Made by a program: the position numbers and the translations under genes
The notes under the pieces: generated by a model
Told to the model about the DNA's origin: nothing
The model's input: only the letters and a program-made list of their open reading frames with translations
Databases searched by the model: none
NCBI RefSeq assembly: GCF_001194135.2
Contig: NC_068984.1
Location: 129,692,260 to 129,756,259 of the forward strand
Source of the DNA: Octopus bimaculoides
Lineage: Eukaryota
Reading direction: 5' to 3'
Length of the DNA: 64,000 nucleotides
Part shown: one piece after another, positions 62,124 through 64,000 of the stretch
Layout of the letters: each line of letters opens with the position of its first letter
How positions within the stretch are numbered: position 1 is the stretch's first letter

Positions 62124-62338
62124 TCCCTGAAGATAAAGATCTACTGTTGAAGGAGCGTGCTGCTGGTTACTACCGTCTCTCAGCCTATTACATGGCTAAG
62201 ATGATGATTGAAGCACCTTTGGCAATATTACTCCCAATGGTCAGCTTTTTATTGGTGTGCCTGTTGGCAGGGCTGGACAATCCAGGTGTCCTCTCCTTGT
62301 CTGTAATTATTATTGTCCTTCATGCAATATTATCTCAG
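62124..62338 (+). CDS. ABCG exon: VPEDKDLLLKERAAGYYRLSAYYMAKMMIEAPLAILLPMVSFLLVCLLAGLDNPGVLSLSVIIIVLHAILSQ
   Basis: atccAG acceptor, CAG|GTAAGT donor. Conserved ER..G.Y..SAYY..K motif, then TM3-TM4. Confidence 0.95.
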
Positions 62339-63172
62339 GTAAGTTTTGTTTGTCTTCCTTCTCTCTTTATTTAGCACCATCCATTAGTCTTATGTTTCAT
62401 TCTGTGTCATTTGGGGTGTGTTTCTAATGTATAATACATTTTAAACAGCATGGCCATAACAGATACTGCAGTTAATTGCCTTTCAACGATTTACATTGAG
62501 TATGATACACAGATGGCTGTTTTAATTTATTACTGATTCAGTTGCATATAATGAATTTTTATTCAACCATGGGGCTATTTTCCATACCAGTGTTTGTTTA
62601 TTCACTGTTTTTCTATATCAGTGGAAACAGATTTCATCTTTGCATATTGTTGGCAGTGAGTGCATGCTATTGATGATGCCCAATGATGTAGAAATCTGCT
62701 TGTAACATTCTAGCCAACAACTGTTGGATGATTTCCATCTGCCTCTGATATATATTGTGTTTGTAAACACAGTAAATCCATAAGAAAGATCATCTCTGGA
62801 TGAATACTGCAGTAAATTTGCTTTCACTTCTCACAATGCATTTATATTAAATATGATACACAGACGGCTATATATATAAATAATACCACTTGTTAGAAAG
62901 AGAAGCTAACACTCCAAAACCACAAATTTCTCACTATTAAGAAACACACACAGTGACTGCAATGAACATAATAAAATAGGCTCACCTTGTATAAACCACA
63001 AAGCATGAAACAGATATTTTGGCATCAATTGATTTCACCTTTTGCATCTTTGTACTCAAGGATCATCAGCCAAGAACACTGTATTCATCTATTTTTCAAA
63101 ATATTCATCACATTACTCTACTTTGTATATTTGTATATTTTACCTATACAGGTTAAACTTGCTGACCACTTG

Positions 63173-63217
<45 letters not shown>

Positions 63218-63220
<3 letters not shown>

Positions 63221-63333
63221 TAGTTTTATTTTTATAACGTGCTTTCACTTCACTACCGAGCGCAGCTCTGTGTGCCTTGGGTATGTGCTGTGGTTTGCTG
63301 TGATGCTCTTATGGTTACTGTATTGAAAGTAAC

Positions 63334-63334
<1 letters not shown>
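63218..63334 (-). mobile_element. Short non-repetitive insert within an (ATT)n array; probable 3' end of an R4/Dong-like LINE
   Basis: A 117-bp unique segment with (ATT)n on both sides (63174-63217, 63335-63440). The family assignment is recalled, not verified. Confidence 0.45.
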
Positions 63335-63376
<42 letters not shown>

Positions 63377-63389
63377 TATTTATTTTTTA

Positions 63390-63437
<48 letters not shown>

Positions 63438-63541
63438 GTAGTAGTAGTAGTAGTAGTAGTAGTATAGATTGACAAAATTATTTTTTGAACCTGTTGAAGA
63501 CACACAAGATGTCGAAATATCGTTCACTAGATGACATTAGA

Positions 63542-63582
<41 letters not shown>

Positions 63583-63611
63583 TATTTTAATTTGTTGTTT
63601 TCTTTTTGCAG

Positions 63612-63702
63612 GGCTTGGGTCTTCTATTTGGTGTTGTATTTTTGGATATACAGTGGGGTCTAACATTTTCTACAGTTTTCATATTAGTCAGTATGTTGTT
63701 TG
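63612..63702 (+). CDS. ABCG exon (TM5): GLGLLFGVVFLDIQWGLTFSTVFILVSMLF(G)
   Basis: tctttttgcAG acceptor, TG|GTAAGT donor, phase 0/1. The next exon lies outside the window. Confidence 0.9.
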
Positions 63703-64000
63703 GTAAGTAAGAAATATATCTCTGTCGCCTCATTGTAATTTTGTACTTTTAATGAAGTATCATGTTGTATTGCAGTGGTGTATGGTATGACTGCACATGC
63801 ATAATGATCTGTGCTCTCATATTACCCCTATCACCACAATCGCCAGCACTATTCTCACCACCACCATATCATCATCATCATCATCATCATGTCTTTGTGC
63901 ATATAATAAACTAGCAGTCGCATTGTACCATCTGCATACTCCAAATCCACTCATGCGTTCCTAGATGCAACACTTCAGCAAATCAGACACAATCAGCAGG

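Larger units (their letters stand above)
45915..63702 (+). other. Span of a spliced ABCG-family (White-like superfamily) ABC half-transporter gene; 3' end beyond the window, 5' UTR/TSS not located
   Basis: Eleven exons with AG/GT boundaries and compatible phases. They give Walker A GPSGSGKTT, Q-loop YVLQQD, signature LSGGE, Walker B IIIVDE, D-loop PTSGLD and H-loop TIHQP, followed by hydrophobic TM segments with ERAAGYYRLSAYY. NBD-before-TMD order is typical of ABCG. Confidence 0.95.

Noticed and set aside
45915-63702. Assigning the gene symbol white or ABCG2
   Set aside because: The motifs establish ABCG family only; orthology needs a phylogeny.

Overview
AT-rich, repeat-dense eukaryotic genomic DNA from a draft assembly with 13 N gaps. 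The tRNA-derived SINE families and RTE-type tails look like those of octopod cephalopods (recalled, not searched). The only host protein-coding gene I can support is a spliced ABCG-family half transporter (NBD then TMD) on the + strand. Eleven GT-AG exons run from 45915 to 63702. One NBD exon is missing and probably lies in a gap, and the gene continues past the window end. The rest is transposon-derived: a decayed Gypsy LTR element, RTE/RTE-X, CR1-like, L1/Tx1-like and R4/Dong-like LINE pieces, Penelope-like (Naiad-type) RT and GIY-YIG remnants, several MITEs, a Helentron-type element, at least four SINE or SINE-like families, minisatellites and microsatellites. Most notable: (1) a TSD-flanked tRNA-headed SINE carrying a minimal hammerhead ribozyme (43911-44215); (2) a 327-bp MITE with 70-bp TIRs and a 9-bp TSD whose whole interior is a telomeric (TTAGGG)n array, about 100 bp upstream of the first identified ABCG exon; (3) two long, near-perfect intronic hairpins; (4) a 136-bp templated insertion inside a LINE RT; (5) a candidate 36-nt cassette exon in the NBD. 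Transposon boundaries are approximate unless a TSD or TIR is given.
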